In this document: positions 17,885 through 27,188 of the stretch, one piece after another
Layout: the number at the start of each line of letters is the position of its first letter
How positions within the stretch are numbered: position 1 is the first letter of the stretch
Program-made: the position numbers and the translations under genes
Assembly (NCBI GenBank): GCA_964643685.1
Contig: CAZXTN010000004.1
Location: forward strand, 1 to 40,576
Source of the DNA: Candidatus Micrarchaeota archaeon
GTDB lineage: Archaea > B1Sed10-29 > JAJRYS01
Length of the DNA stretch: 40,576 nt
Reading direction: 5' to 3'
Notes under the pieces: generated by a model
Databases searched by the model: none
What the model was told of the DNA's origin: nothing
What the model saw: only the letters and a program-made list of their open reading frames with translations

Positions 17885-19156
17885 TTAGTCAATGTTTAGC
17901 TTGTTGAAATTTTTTATTATTATTTCACGTCTGTTGTATTCAGGAACTTCTCTTACTTTTCCGAATACGATGTATTCTTCTCCAAGAAGCTGCTTTTTTT
18001 TCAATTCAAACAATGAACTGTCTGCTTTGTATTCAGTTGCTTTGAATCCAAGGAATTTTTCAGCAGCGTCCCTGTAAAAAGTTCCTCTTATCACTCCTGT
18101 GCCGTCGTCAAGTTCAGCGTTTACTATAAGGGAAGGGATCATTTCAGTTGAACCGCATTTAGGGCATACCCCTTCTCTTGTCATTGTTTTGCATTTAGCG
18201 CATAAGTTGATTACAGTAGGCTCGTAAATTTCAACCACGTCTGCTTTTACTTCAGCTTCTTCGCCATTTGAAAGCTGGTTTATCACTGTTCTTTTTCTTT
18301 TAATTTCAGGAATTTGTTCACTTGTTTCAGGGTTTAAAACAATTCTTCCTCTCCAGCCTAAATGAATTTCAAGCTCATCATTGTTTGTTCTCGTATAAGC
18401 TCCTTCTACTTTTATCAAGTCATTAGGTTTAAGGGTCTCCACTAGTTTTGCATGGTCATCCCATAAGACAAGTCTTTTAGAAGAAGAACCGTCGTTTACT
18501 AAGACGCTTGCTACTTTTCCCTGCGAACCGTCTTTTTTTATGAATTCATAAACAGGATATGCTTTTTCAATTCTTGCATAAAAGCACACGTCGCTTAATC
18601 CAGAAGAAAGCTGGCTTAATTTCATCAGGTTTTCAACAGCAAAAGGAATTTCATCATCTTTTTCAACGAGTTCCACAGTTCCTTTAGAAGAAGAATGAAT
18701 TTCTATCCTGTCCCTGTTTTTTTTCACATAGCCATTGATTATTTTAATAACTGAATTTCTTTCAATTTTCTCAGCTAATTCAACATTGTTCCACAACACG
18801 AACCTTGCTTCGCCTGTTTCGTCAAAAACGTCAAAGTTAGTTACATTCCCTGTCTTGCCGTTTTTTTCAAAAAAACGAGGGGCATAAGCGTTTTTAACCC
18901 TTGCTTTTAAAGTCACTGAATTCAAGCCCTCTTCCAAGTCGCTTATCTTCAAATCATTGAAAGTCTTTGTTTCTTTGCCAATGTCAACTCCTAAATCTTT
19001 TGACACTGCAAAAACAGCACCAGCTTCATTTAAAAGCCCTTCATATTCTTTTTTCTTCTGCTCTATTTTTTCATTTAACTCTTTTTCAGAAATAGTTGTT
19101 TTTTCAAGAATCTGTTTCTTGATGCCTTCTGCATCATTCAAAATTTCATTTACCAT
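17885..19156 (-). CDS. rpa: replication protein A (multi-OB-fold ssDNA-binding protein with Zn finger)
   Basis: Repeated OB folds (DETGEARFVLW, DGSSSKRLVLW, DDGTGVIR); CAKC...CPKC; directly upstream of radA. Confidence 0.9.
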   Translation of the reverse strand: MVNEILNDAEGIKKQILEKTTISEKELNEKIEQKKKEYEGLLNEAGAVFAVSKDLGVDIGKETKTFNDLKISDLEEGLNSVTLKARVKNAYAPRFFEKNGKTGNVTNFDVFDETGEARFVLWNNVELAEKIERNSVIKIINGYVKKNRDRIEIHSSSKGTVELVEKDDEIPFAVENLMKLSQLSSGLSDVCFYARIEKAYPVYEFIKKDGSQGKVASVLVNDGSSSKRLVLWDDHAKLVETLKPNDLIKVEGAYTRTNNDELEIHLGWRGRIVLNPETSEQIPEIKRKRTVINQLSNGEEAEVKADVVEIYEPTVINLCAKCKTMTREGVCPKCGSTEMIPSLIVNAELDDGTGVIRGTFYRDAAEKFLGFKATEYKADSSLFELKKKQLLGEEYIVFGKVREVPEYNRREIIIKNFNKLNID

Positions 19157-19171
19157 AGTTCCAACCTCCTA

Positions 19172-19300
19172 AGTTTTCAATTCTCGTCCAGCTAATTTTT
19201 AAAATTAAACCAGTAGCAGTCACTTAAAAAAATTAGTTGTTCCAGCTTCTTTAATCAAGTTCCAGCCACTAGTTTCAATTTAACTTTAAGAATAACTAGT
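19172..19300 (-). promoter_or_regulatory. rpa-radA promoter/leader with shared motifs
   Basis: Leader motif 19172-19193; TATA-like run at ~19197-19204; AAACCAGTAGCAGT 19207-19220; AATAACTAGT 19291-19300. Confidence 0.45.
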
Positions 19301-19305
19301 ATAAA

Positions 19306-19563
19306 TTAATGTATGTTTTCAATGAAGTCTCTGAAGTTTTTTACAAATTTACTTGACAACCTGCCGTTTTCGCTTATTTCTCTCCTACCTTGCTGTATGA
19401 ACCTTATCAACTCAAGCTTTTGTTCATGTGAAAGATTCTTCTCTTTCATTTCCTTAGTAACAGCTTCAGTCCACTTATTTGCCTTGCTAAACTTATCCCC
19501 TCTTATTTCCACTTCTTTCTTCTCTGCTTTCTCCTCTTTCTCTCTTAAAATTCTAAAGCCCAT
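19306..19563 (-). CDS. hypothetical charged protein
   Basis: 85-aa ORF fills the intergenic gap with K/E-rich coding bias; no motif recognised. Confidence 0.55.
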   Translation of the reverse strand: MGFRILREKEEKAEKKEVEIRGDKFSKANKWTEAVTKEMKEKNLSHEQKLELIRFIQQGRREISENGRLSSKFVKNFRDFIENIH

Positions 19564-19622
19564 TAACTCTATTTATGAAAAAACAATTATTTAAAACAGT
19601 CAAACGCGTTAATAATTAAACA

Positions 19623-20207
19623 ATGTTGAAAATAACAACTGTTCAAGGAAAGAACTATGGATGCAACTCTTATGTTGTTTTTGATAAAAAAATCTGCGTA
19701 ATTGACCCTGGCTTCAACACCGAATTCGGAGTGGATTATGAAAAAGTTGATGTAGTAATCAACACCCATTGCCACTACGACCACGTCGCCAACAATCACC
19801 TGTTCACAAACGCTGTCTTCTACATGCATGAAAAAGAAATTCCCTACGCGAAAACAACATTAGGCACAGCTGAATTATTCAAAGCAAAATACAAGCCACA
19901 GGATTTCAAGCCAATCCCTGAAAAAATCAATTTAGGCGAAACTGTTTTTGAAGTCATCCACACTCCAGGACATACTCCAGGAAGCATCTGCTTATATGAA
20001 AAAGATTCAAAAACGCTTATCAGCGGAGACACTGTTTTTTCAGACGGCATAGGCAGAATCGATTTAGAGCAAGGCAATGCAAAACAGCTTAAAAAATCAA
20101 TTGAAAAACTCAGCAACCTTGAAATAAAACACTTGCTTCCAGGACACGGGTTTCCAGGCGACTACTCTTCAATTAAATTAGCTCTTGAAATAATAAAGCA
20201 GATTTAA
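19623..20207 (+). CDS. MBL-fold metallo-hydrolase (glyoxalase II family)
   Basis: THCHYDH, HTPGHTPGS, SGD, LPGHG. Confidence 0.93.
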   Translation: MLKITTVQGKNYGCNSYVVFDKKICVIDPGFNTEFGVDYEKVDVVINTHCHYDHVANNHLFTNAVFYMHEKEIPYAKTTLGTAELFKAKYKPQDFKPIPEKINLGETVFEVIHTPGHTPGSICLYEKDSKTLISGDTVFSDGIGRIDLEQGNAKQLKKSIEKLSNLEIKHLLPGHGFPGDYSSIKLALEIIKQI

Positions 20208-20279
20208 CAGAGTTTTTTCAACAATTGACGTCAAGACACAAAAGGGTTTATATTCCCTTGTTTCAATTAATTAAAGTTA

Positions 20280-21326
20280 ATGTTCAAATTCAAGAAAAAG
20301 CAAAGCATATTCAAGAAAATAGAACTGCCTAAAACTGTTTACCTAGGAGAAAAAACACTCCTTAAAGTAAAAGAAGCTGCTATTGACTACCAAAACCCCT
20401 TGATAGTCACAGGAAAAAAAACAGCTAAAATAGCGGGAAACAAAGTCAAGAAATTTACAGACGGAGACCTGCTTGTTGTGAAAAAAAGCGATGCTGAAAA
20501 CATTGAAAAAGCAGTTTCTGAAATAAAACAAGGGTATGACACAGTGATAGGAGTAGGAGGAGGCAATGTAATGGACACTGCCAAGTACTCAGCGTACTTG
20601 ACAGGAATTGATTACATAGCAGTTCCAACAAACTCATCAAATGACGGAATAGCATCCCCCATAGCCTCCTTGAAACTAAATGGAAAAAAGCAATCACTTA
20701 AAGCAAAACCACCTGTTGCAATAGTTGCTGACACGAGAATAATCAAAAAATCCCCTAAAATGTTCATAAGAGCAGGTTTCGGCGACGCCATAGCAAAATA
20801 CACAGCAGTCAAAGACTGGAACCTTGGAAAAATAATAAAAAAAGAATACTACGGAGACTACGCTTCCTCCTTATCTGTAATGATTTCAAAAATAGTAATG
20901 GACAATTCAATAGAAATAGGAAAAGCAACAGACAGGGGAATAAGCATTTTAATGGAAGCGCTTATTTCATCAGGAGCAGCAATGGGAATAGCAGGCTCTT
21001 CCCGCCCAGCTTCAGGTTCAGAGCACAAGTTTTCACACGCGCTTGACGCCATTGCAGAAAAGCCGTCACTTCACGGCTTCCAAGTCGGAGTAGGGACAAT
21101 AATAATGAGCTACTTACACGGAGCAAACTGGAGAAAAATAAAACAAGCTCTTGAATCAGCAAAATGCCCGACAACAGCAAAGCAATTAGGCATGGACTCA
21201 GATACAGTTCTGAAAGCGCTTATGAAAGCAAAAGAAATAAGACCAGAAAGATACACAATAATAGAGCACATAAATTTTGACAAAAGAATAGCAAGAAACG
21301 CGTTAGAAACAACAGGCGTGATTTGA
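20280..21326 (+). CDS. egsA: sn-glycerol-1-phosphate dehydrogenase
   Basis: GVGGG, NDGIASP, AGFGD, SSRPASGSEHKFSHALD, HGFQVG, RPERYTI. Confidence 0.96.
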   Translation: MFKFKKKQSIFKKIELPKTVYLGEKTLLKVKEAAIDYQNPLIVTGKKTAKIAGNKVKKFTDGDLLVVKKSDAENIEKAVSEIKQGYDTVIGVGGGNVMDTAKYSAYLTGIDYIAVPTNSSNDGIASPIASLKLNGKKQSLKAKPPVAIVADTRIIKKSPKMFIRAGFGDAIAKYTAVKDWNLGKIIKKEYYGDYASSLSVMISKIVMDNSIEIGKATDRGISILMEALISSGAAMGIAGSSRPASGSEHKFSHALDAIAEKPSLHGFQVGVGTIIMSYLHGANWRKIKQALESAKCPTTAKQLGMDSDTVLKALMKAKEIRPERYTIIEHINFDKRIARNALETTGVI

Positions 21327-21330
21327 AAAA

Positions 21331-22179
21331 ATGAATTCAAAAATCAAGGCATGGTACGAGCTTCTTAATCCAGCACACGCTTTAATAGTCCTGCTTGGAA
21401 TCGTCACAGGAATAAAAACAGCAGGAGGCTCTCTTGAATCAACACAGCTCTTTTTTTCAGCTGTTCTAAGCTTTTCAATAATAGCAGCTGCTTTCATTTT
21501 AAACGATTACTGGGACCTTGAAGCAGATAAGGAAAACAAAAGAAAAGACAAGCCGCTAGTGACAGGAGAAATAAGCAAAACCCATGCACTATTCTCTGCA
21601 CTTGCTTTCTTAGCAATAGGCAATTACGCCTCTTACTTGCTTAATGAAAAAGTTTTCATCATCTCAATTATTTTCACAGCAATCCTGCTTGCATACAATT
21701 ACTACTTGAAAAAAGTAGCATTTATTGGAAATGCAACAATAGGCTTGACAATGGCAATTCCCTTCATTTACGGAAATTACCTCTGCTGCAGCAACTTATC
21801 TTCATTTGTACTTATCCTATCTTCAATGGCTTTCTTAATGGGCACAGGCAGGGAATTAATAGCATCAATAAGAGACAAAAAAGGAGATGAAAAACAAGGC
21901 AGAAAAACACTTCCTTCAATAATAGGAGATGAAAAAACAGCATGGCTCTCTTCATTTTTCATACTAACAGCAGTTTTCCTCTCTCCCCTCCCTCTGGTTA
22001 TGAAAGGCCCTTTCAACATGAATCCAGCTTACTTAATCTTCATAACAATCACAGATGTCCTTCTAATCCTTTCAATAAAAAACACTTTACTGCTGTCAAA
22101 CTACAAGCAAACAAGAAAACTAACATTGCTTGCGCAATTGACAGGCGTGCTTGGGTTTCTGCTAGCAACACTTATTTAA
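21331..22179 (+). CDS. digeranylgeranylglyceryl phosphate synthase (UbiA family)
   Basis: NDYWDLEADKEN, YNYYLK, GRELIASIRDKKGD; multiple TM helices; between egsA and GGGPS. Confidence 0.9.
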   Translation: MNSKIKAWYELLNPAHALIVLLGIVTGIKTAGGSLESTQLFFSAVLSFSIIAAAFILNDYWDLEADKENKRKDKPLVTGEISKTHALFSALAFLAIGNYASYLLNEKVFIISIIFTAILLAYNYYLKKVAFIGNATIGLTMAIPFIYGNYLCCSNLSSFVLILSSMAFLMGTGRELIASIRDKKGDEKQGRKTLPSIIGDEKTAWLSSFFILTAVFLSPLPLVMKGPFNMNPAYLIFITITDVLLILSIKNTLLLSNYKQTRKLTLLAQLTGVLGFLLATLI

Positions 22180-22226
22180 ACCAATAAAAACTAATAAAAA
22201 AAGAAGTAAGGAGAAGTGAATTTAAA

Positions 22227-22994
22227 ATGAAAGTATATGACTATTTAAAAACTCAGTTGAAAAAAGACGGAGCAGTGCATTTAATACTAATAGACCCAGA
22301 TGAACAAGAACCTGAAAAAGCAGGAGAAATAGCGAAACTCAGCGAAAAAGCAGGAGCAGACGGCATAATGGTTGGAGGCTCAGGAGGAGACAGGTCAATG
22401 CTTGACAACTGCATAAGGCACATAAAAGCAAACACCAAGTTACCTGTAATCCTGTTCCCTGGGAACGTGAATGACATTTCAAAATACGCCGACGCTGTTT
22501 ATTTCATGAGCTTAATGAACTCCCGTTCAAGATACTGGCTTGCTCAAGCCCAAGCACTAGCTGCTTTTTCAGTAAAAGCAAGCGAACTTGAGCCAATTGG
22601 AATGGGTTACATGATAGTTGAGTCAGATGTCAGGACTTCAGTTGAATTCTTCGGAGACGCCAACCCAATACCAAGACAGAAGCCGAAAATAGCAGCTGCA
22701 TATGCATTAGCAGCTGAGTACATGGGCATGAAGCTAGTTTACCTTGAAGGAGGAAGCGGCGCAAGCAAACCAGTGCCAAATGAAATGATATCAGTAACTA
22801 AAAAATTAATCAGCATCCCCTTAATTGTAGGAGGAGGCATAAGAGACGGCAAAACTGCTTATGAAAAAGTAAAAGCAGGAGCAGATATCATAGTTACAGG
22901 AACAGCTGTTGAAGAATCAAAAGACACCTACAGCACGCTTAAAGACCTTATTAAAGGAACTAAAAAAGCAGGCAAGGAGAAGCTAAATGAGTAA
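22227..22994 (+). CDS. geranylgeranylglyceryl phosphate synthase
   Basis: LIDPD, MVGGS, ILFPG, SLMNS, YLEGGSG, VGGGIR, VTGT. Confidence 0.95.
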   Translation: MKVYDYLKTQLKKDGAVHLILIDPDEQEPEKAGEIAKLSEKAGADGIMVGGSGGDRSMLDNCIRHIKANTKLPVILFPGNVNDISKYADAVYFMSLMNSRSRYWLAQAQALAAFSVKASELEPIGMGYMIVESDVRTSVEFFGDANPIPRQKPKIAAAYALAAEYMGMKLVYLEGGSGASKPVPNEMISVTKKLISIPLIVGGGIRDGKTAYEKVKAGADIIVTGTAVEESKDTYSTLKDLIKGTKKAGKEKLNE

Positions 22995-24234
22995 CTTAAT
23001 ATTCTTTCAAGAGATTATACTCTCTTTTTTTGTAGGAGCCCTTCTTGGAATGGAAAGGCAGTACTCCAAGAAAAAAATAAGCTTAGGCATGCGCACTTTT
23101 TCACTCACTTCAATACTCGCCACTTTAACTGTAGTGATAGGTGCTCAGATGAATGGAGTGCAGTGGGTAAACTTAATTGGCTTGCTTACAATCACACTCT
23201 TTTCAATAGCCCTGTATATGGAAGATTTTAGAAAAAAGAGAAAAAGAGGGTTTACAACCAACATCTCTTTAATTATAAGTTACTTGCTTGGAACAATGAT
23301 TGGATATAACTTGAGAGTAGAAGCTGTTTTCTTAAGCGTTGTAGTGGTAGTCATACTTTTTTCAAAAGAAAAACTCCATGAACTCACAGTGCATTTAACT
23401 GAAAAAGAAATAGGAGACCTGCTTGAATTCCTTATTCTCTTTGGGATTATTTACCCTCTTCTTCCAAAAGAAATGCAGTTCCTTGGAGTAACTGTTCCAC
23501 TTGTTGAAATGTGGGCTCTTATTCTTTTGATTTCAGCAATAAACTTCGCAGCTTTCATCATGTCAAGAAAACTAAGCTCAAGAAAAGAAGTCGAGCTCCT
23601 TAGTTTCTTAGGGGGCTTGATTTCAGCAGTAGCAACAATAACCACTCTTGTTAACTTGTTCAAAAACAAAGGCAAGAAAGGGCAAGAAGCTATTGCAGGG
23701 GGTTTCTTGATAATGGCAGCTTCCTCGACAATAAGAAATTTCATAGTAATCCTTGCAATAATTCCAAAATCCCTGCTTGTAGTTGGCATTCCCTTCTCAT
23801 TCTTAATTCTCCTTCTAGCCACAACAGGAGTTGAAAAAATAAAACAACTTAAGACACCTTCAATTAGGATAGAATCTCCTTTTAATGTGCTTGAAGGAAT
23901 AAAACTTGTTTTGATTATCTTCATCATTTACATCATATTAAGTTCCATCGGAGTTAAAGCAGGCGCAAGCGTGTTATTCCTTTTTGCTTTAATAAGCGGG
24001 CTGATTAACACGACAGCAGCTTCTATTTCACTAGCTTCAATGGCTGTCACTGGAATAATAACCCTGCCTGAAATGGCAATAGCAGTTACAATTGCACAAA
24101 TAGGAGGTTATCTAGCTCAAACAGCAATGCTGTCAATCTTCAACCAAGCAAAAGTCATAAAAAAAGTATACAAGCAAGTGATACTTGCCACAACAGTTGC
24201 TTTCCTTTCCCTGCTTATCCTAATATACCTATGA
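22987..24234 (+). CDS. MgtC/SapB plus DUF4010 membrane protein
   Basis: GALLGMER, GMRTF, GFTT, YPLLP, GGLISAVATI; polytopic. Confidence 0.85.
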   Translation: MSNLIFFQEIILSFFVGALLGMERQYSKKKISLGMRTFSLTSILATLTVVIGAQMNGVQWVNLIGLLTITLFSIALYMEDFRKKRKRGFTTNISLIISYLLGTMIGYNLRVEAVFLSVVVVVILFSKEKLHELTVHLTEKEIGDLLEFLILFGIIYPLLPKEMQFLGVTVPLVEMWALILLISAINFAAFIMSRKLSSRKEVELLSFLGGLISAVATITTLVNLFKNKGKKGQEAIAGGFLIMAASSTIRNFIVILAIIPKSLLVVGIPFSFLILLLATTGVEKIKQLKTPSIRIESPFNVLEGIKLVLIIFIIYIILSSIGVKAGASVLFLFALISGLINTTAASISLASMAVTGIITLPEMAIAVTIAQIGGYLAQTAMLSIFNQAKVIKKVYKQVILATTVAFLSLLILIYL

Positions 24235-24315
24235 CTGTGAATTAAACAAGCACACTTTTACTCCTTAACCTGTTTTTTAAAATTAGTTTATCTTGTCAAT
24301 TAGGAAAATAAGCAA

Positions 24316-24999
24316 TTATCTTCTTCTTCCTCTGTTGTTTCTTCTTTCTTCAATTTTTCTCCTATGGGCTCTTATTGCTTCAGCTTGCCTGGCATTTCTC
24401 TCTGATATGTCTTTTGCAAGAGCATATGCTTTTTCATAACCTTCTATTTTGTAAATTCTTTGAAGAAGTTCATATTCTTGTTCTTCGCCTACTTTTTTTT
24501 CATTCACTACCCTCTGCAGTTCTCTTTTTTCATTTTGAAGCAAGTTCATTGCTTCATCCATGCTTTTAGGAGTCAATAAAGTTATCTTGAAATTTTTGCT
24601 TTTCTCGTTGAACCTCTGCACTTTATCAATGACTTTTTCAGGAACATCTGAGTAGGATACAATAACCAAGTGCTTTGCTTTCTTGTTCTCATAACTTGTA
24701 TACCTGTATTTTGCAACCAAGTCATCTATCTTTTTAGTGACATTCATGCTGCTTTTGACTTCTACAATAACAGGCCTTTTTTCTTTTTCTATTATTGCAA
24801 AATCAGGTTCTTTCTTTTTCTTGCCTGTTGAAACAGGGTGCTTTATAATCCTTGTTTTTTCACCAAGAGGCTTCAGGGGGCCAATTGGATGAGTAATTAA
24901 GTGAATCATCTCCTCAAAAGCTCCTTCTTGCTCGCCTGCTTTAAGCTGATTCAAACTCTTGTTATTCCTATTAGTGCTTCTTTTATCCTGTTCAATCAT
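24316..24999 (-). CDS. hypothetical PD-(D/E)XK nuclease-fold protein
   Basis: G..FEE...EPDFAII...VIVEVKS; C-terminal charged coiled coil. Confidence 0.65.
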   Translation of the reverse strand: MIEQDKRSTNRNNKSLNQLKAGEQEGAFEEMIHLITHPIGPLKPLGEKTRIIKHPVSTGKKKKEPDFAIIEKEKRPVIVEVKSSMNVTKKIDDLVAKYRYTSYENKKAKHLVIVSYSDVPEKVIDKVQRFNEKSKNFKITLLTPKSMDEAMNLLQNEKRELQRVVNEKKVGEEQEYELLQRIYKIEGYEKAYALAKDISERNARQAEAIRAHRRKIEERRNNRGRRR

Positions 25000-25896
25000 T
25001 TACACTCCCGCCATCATCAAGTAAATAATAAAGTTACCTATTACCAAGTTTATAATCAATGAAATTAATATGAATGGCCCGAATTGAGGCAAGTAATCAT
25101 AAACTTTTATTTCCTTTATCCCAAGCTTTCTTGCTTTTGCTTTTATCTTCTTCAATTCAGGAGAAGTGAAAGTCTTTCTCCACAGCCCCAGTTTTTTCTT
25201 TTTTGCTTCTGAAATGAATTCAAGAGCAAGCACGTCATCGTCATCCAAGTCCTTGATTCTTTTCTTTTTCATTGAAAAATGCTTCAGCACATCGTTTTTG
25301 AAAGGAAGTATCAAAAGGCTTGTGATTATTGGAATGAAAATGAAAGCAAATCCAGGTGAAAACAAGCAGAAGTAATGAATGAAAGGAAGCGAAAGCAAAG
25401 CCATCGCAACTGCTTTGAACAGCTTTTTTTCATAATCCTCAACTTTCTTCCTTACTTTATAGAGCTTGTAAAAATACCAAGCAGAAATGAAGAACATCGG
25501 GCCTATCAACCCAGCTAACAAGAAGACATTGAAAATAAATGGAATAGGAGAGGAAGAAACAGGATTTATTCCAATTGATTCAATGAAGGGAATTAAAACT
25601 TTAGGATAGCTTGGCAGAAGCAAAGCAAGAGCAGTGAATAACTTAACATCTCCTCCTCCAATCTGGCCAAATAGGTACATTAAAAAAAGTACTGCAAAAG
25701 TAACAACTGCAATTACCAAGCCATGTGCTTTGTTTGGGTTGAACAGCACAAGCCAAGCTAACCCAATTAACAGCATTGAATGAGTGTACTTGTCAGGCAT
25801 GTATGTCGTCTTGTAATCAGTGTAAGCAAGCAAAGCAGTTCCAGCAACTGCTGTTATAACTGGTATCAATTCAATCAAAGTATTCAAGTCACTCAT
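25000..25896 (-). CDS. A24 prepilin/preflagellin peptidase
   Basis: AYTDYKT and IGGGDVKL catalytic aspartates; C-terminal PQFGPFI. Confidence 0.9.
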   Translation of the reverse strand: MSDLNTLIELIPVITAVAGTALLAYTDYKTTYMPDKYTHSMLLIGLAWLVLFNPNKAHGLVIAVVTFAVLFLMYLFGQIGGGDVKLFTALALLLPSYPKVLIPFIESIGINPVSSSPIPFIFNVFLLAGLIGPMFFISAWYFYKLYKVRKKVEDYEKKLFKAVAMALLSLPFIHYFCLFSPGFAFIFIPIITSLLILPFKNDVLKHFSMKKKRIKDLDDDDVLALEFISEAKKKKLGLWRKTFTSPELKKIKAKARKLGIKEIKVYDYLPQFGPFILISLIINLVIGNFIIYLMMAGV

Positions 25897-27181
25897 TTTT
25901 CAATTCATCTCCTTCTGCCGGCTTTTTGTCAATTATCTCAAGCACATTCAATTCCTTGCAAATGCAAGGCACTCCAAGCACTTCAGCAAAACTCGGTTTT
26001 GTCCTGTTAAAGTCGCCTGAAATCAATTCTTTAATGTAAGTGCCTGACTCTGCTTTTATCAACGCTTTGAAATGAGTGTCGTCAATCTTTTCTGTTTTCA
26101 CTGAATAAACTTTTCTTTTCCTTACCTTGTCTTTTCTCCTGTGAGCCACTCTTGTCGGAGTCCTCTGCTTCAATTCCTTGTCTTTAAAGAACTCCTCAAG
26201 TTTTTCAAGGCTTTCAAACGGCTTTTCTGTTTCAACCACTGCTTCATACAACTTGTCATGAAGCGCTTTCTTCAGCTCAATCACCTCTTCTTTTGATGAT
26301 TTCCTCAGGGAATTTACTTTTACCTTTCCTTCACAGTAAGCATTTATTTCTTCTTCTAGTTTTTTGTAGTCAAGGTTTCTTTTTTTCGGCTCTTTTAATT
26401 CCAGCACGAACGGGCGCCCGTTTCCAAGCATTAAAGCATCCCTGTCTTCTCTTCCGCTGCCATGGAAGCTTTCTCCGCTTGCCTGCGCTGCTTCAACTGC
26501 TTTAGGCGCAATTAACTCCTCCACTGTTTCTTGAAACTGTTTTCCAGTTCCATGGCAGTTAGGGCATTCTTCTCCTTTGTATACTCCTGTGCCTTTGCAT
26601 AACCTGCATGGCCACTTTGTTTGAGGCAATCCTCTTTTCAGCTTGTTGTACCTGCCGTAAATATACAAGTCATTTATCTGAGGCTCAACTTCCCCTGACT
26701 CGTAGTTTATTATAAACACTACCTCTGGTTTTTTGAAATCTGTCTTCTTGTTTTTAAGCTGCTTTGCCAGGAATTCTCCGAATAGCTTGTTCAATTCCCT
26801 TTTAATTGGCTCGCAGTACTCGCATCCTGTTTCTGCCCATAGCTTGTCCTGGTTTTCAAGAACCTGCTGTGGCAGCACGTTGCCGACTAAGAAGGAATCA
26901 AATTCCAATTCTCTTGCTTTTTGCATCAATTTTTTTTCAAATTCTTTTGTTCTTATGAAAACATCTCCACATAATTCGCAATTACTCAATTCAATTACAG
27001 GCAATTGTTTTTCCAGCAGCTTTTCTATTTCCTTAAATGACTCTGCTTTTCTAACAGCTGCTCCTACTTGTGCTTCTTTTTTTCCTTTGAATAATTGTAT
27101 GAACTGCCTTCCTATGCAGTGGTCGCATAAGTTTTTTTCAGTTAAAATTTTTTTAAGTTCTTTGAATTTTTCTTCGTCCAT
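25889..27181 (-). CDS. pus10: tRNA pseudouridine(54/55) synthase Pus10
   Basis: LCDHCIGR, GRYNKLKRGLPQTKW, FHGSGREDRDALMLGNGRPF, QRTPTRV, GTYIKE. Confidence 0.96.
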   Translation of the reverse strand: MDEEKFKELKKILTEKNLCDHCIGRQFIQLFKGKKEAQVGAAVRKAESFKEIEKLLEKQLPVIELSNCELCGDVFIRTKEFEKKLMQKARELEFDSFLVGNVLPQQVLENQDKLWAETGCEYCEPIKRELNKLFGEFLAKQLKNKKTDFKKPEVVFIINYESGEVEPQINDLYIYGRYNKLKRGLPQTKWPCRLCKGTGVYKGEECPNCHGTGKQFQETVEELIAPKAVEAAQASGESFHGSGREDRDALMLGNGRPFVLELKEPKKRNLDYKKLEEEINAYCEGKVKVNSLRKSSKEEVIELKKALHDKLYEAVVETEKPFESLEKLEEFFKDKELKQRTPTRVAHRRKDKVRKRKVYSVKTEKIDDTHFKALIKAESGTYIKELISGDFNRTKPSFAEVLGVPCICKELNVLEIIDKKPAEGDELKNE

Positions 27182-27188
27182 TTTTCAA

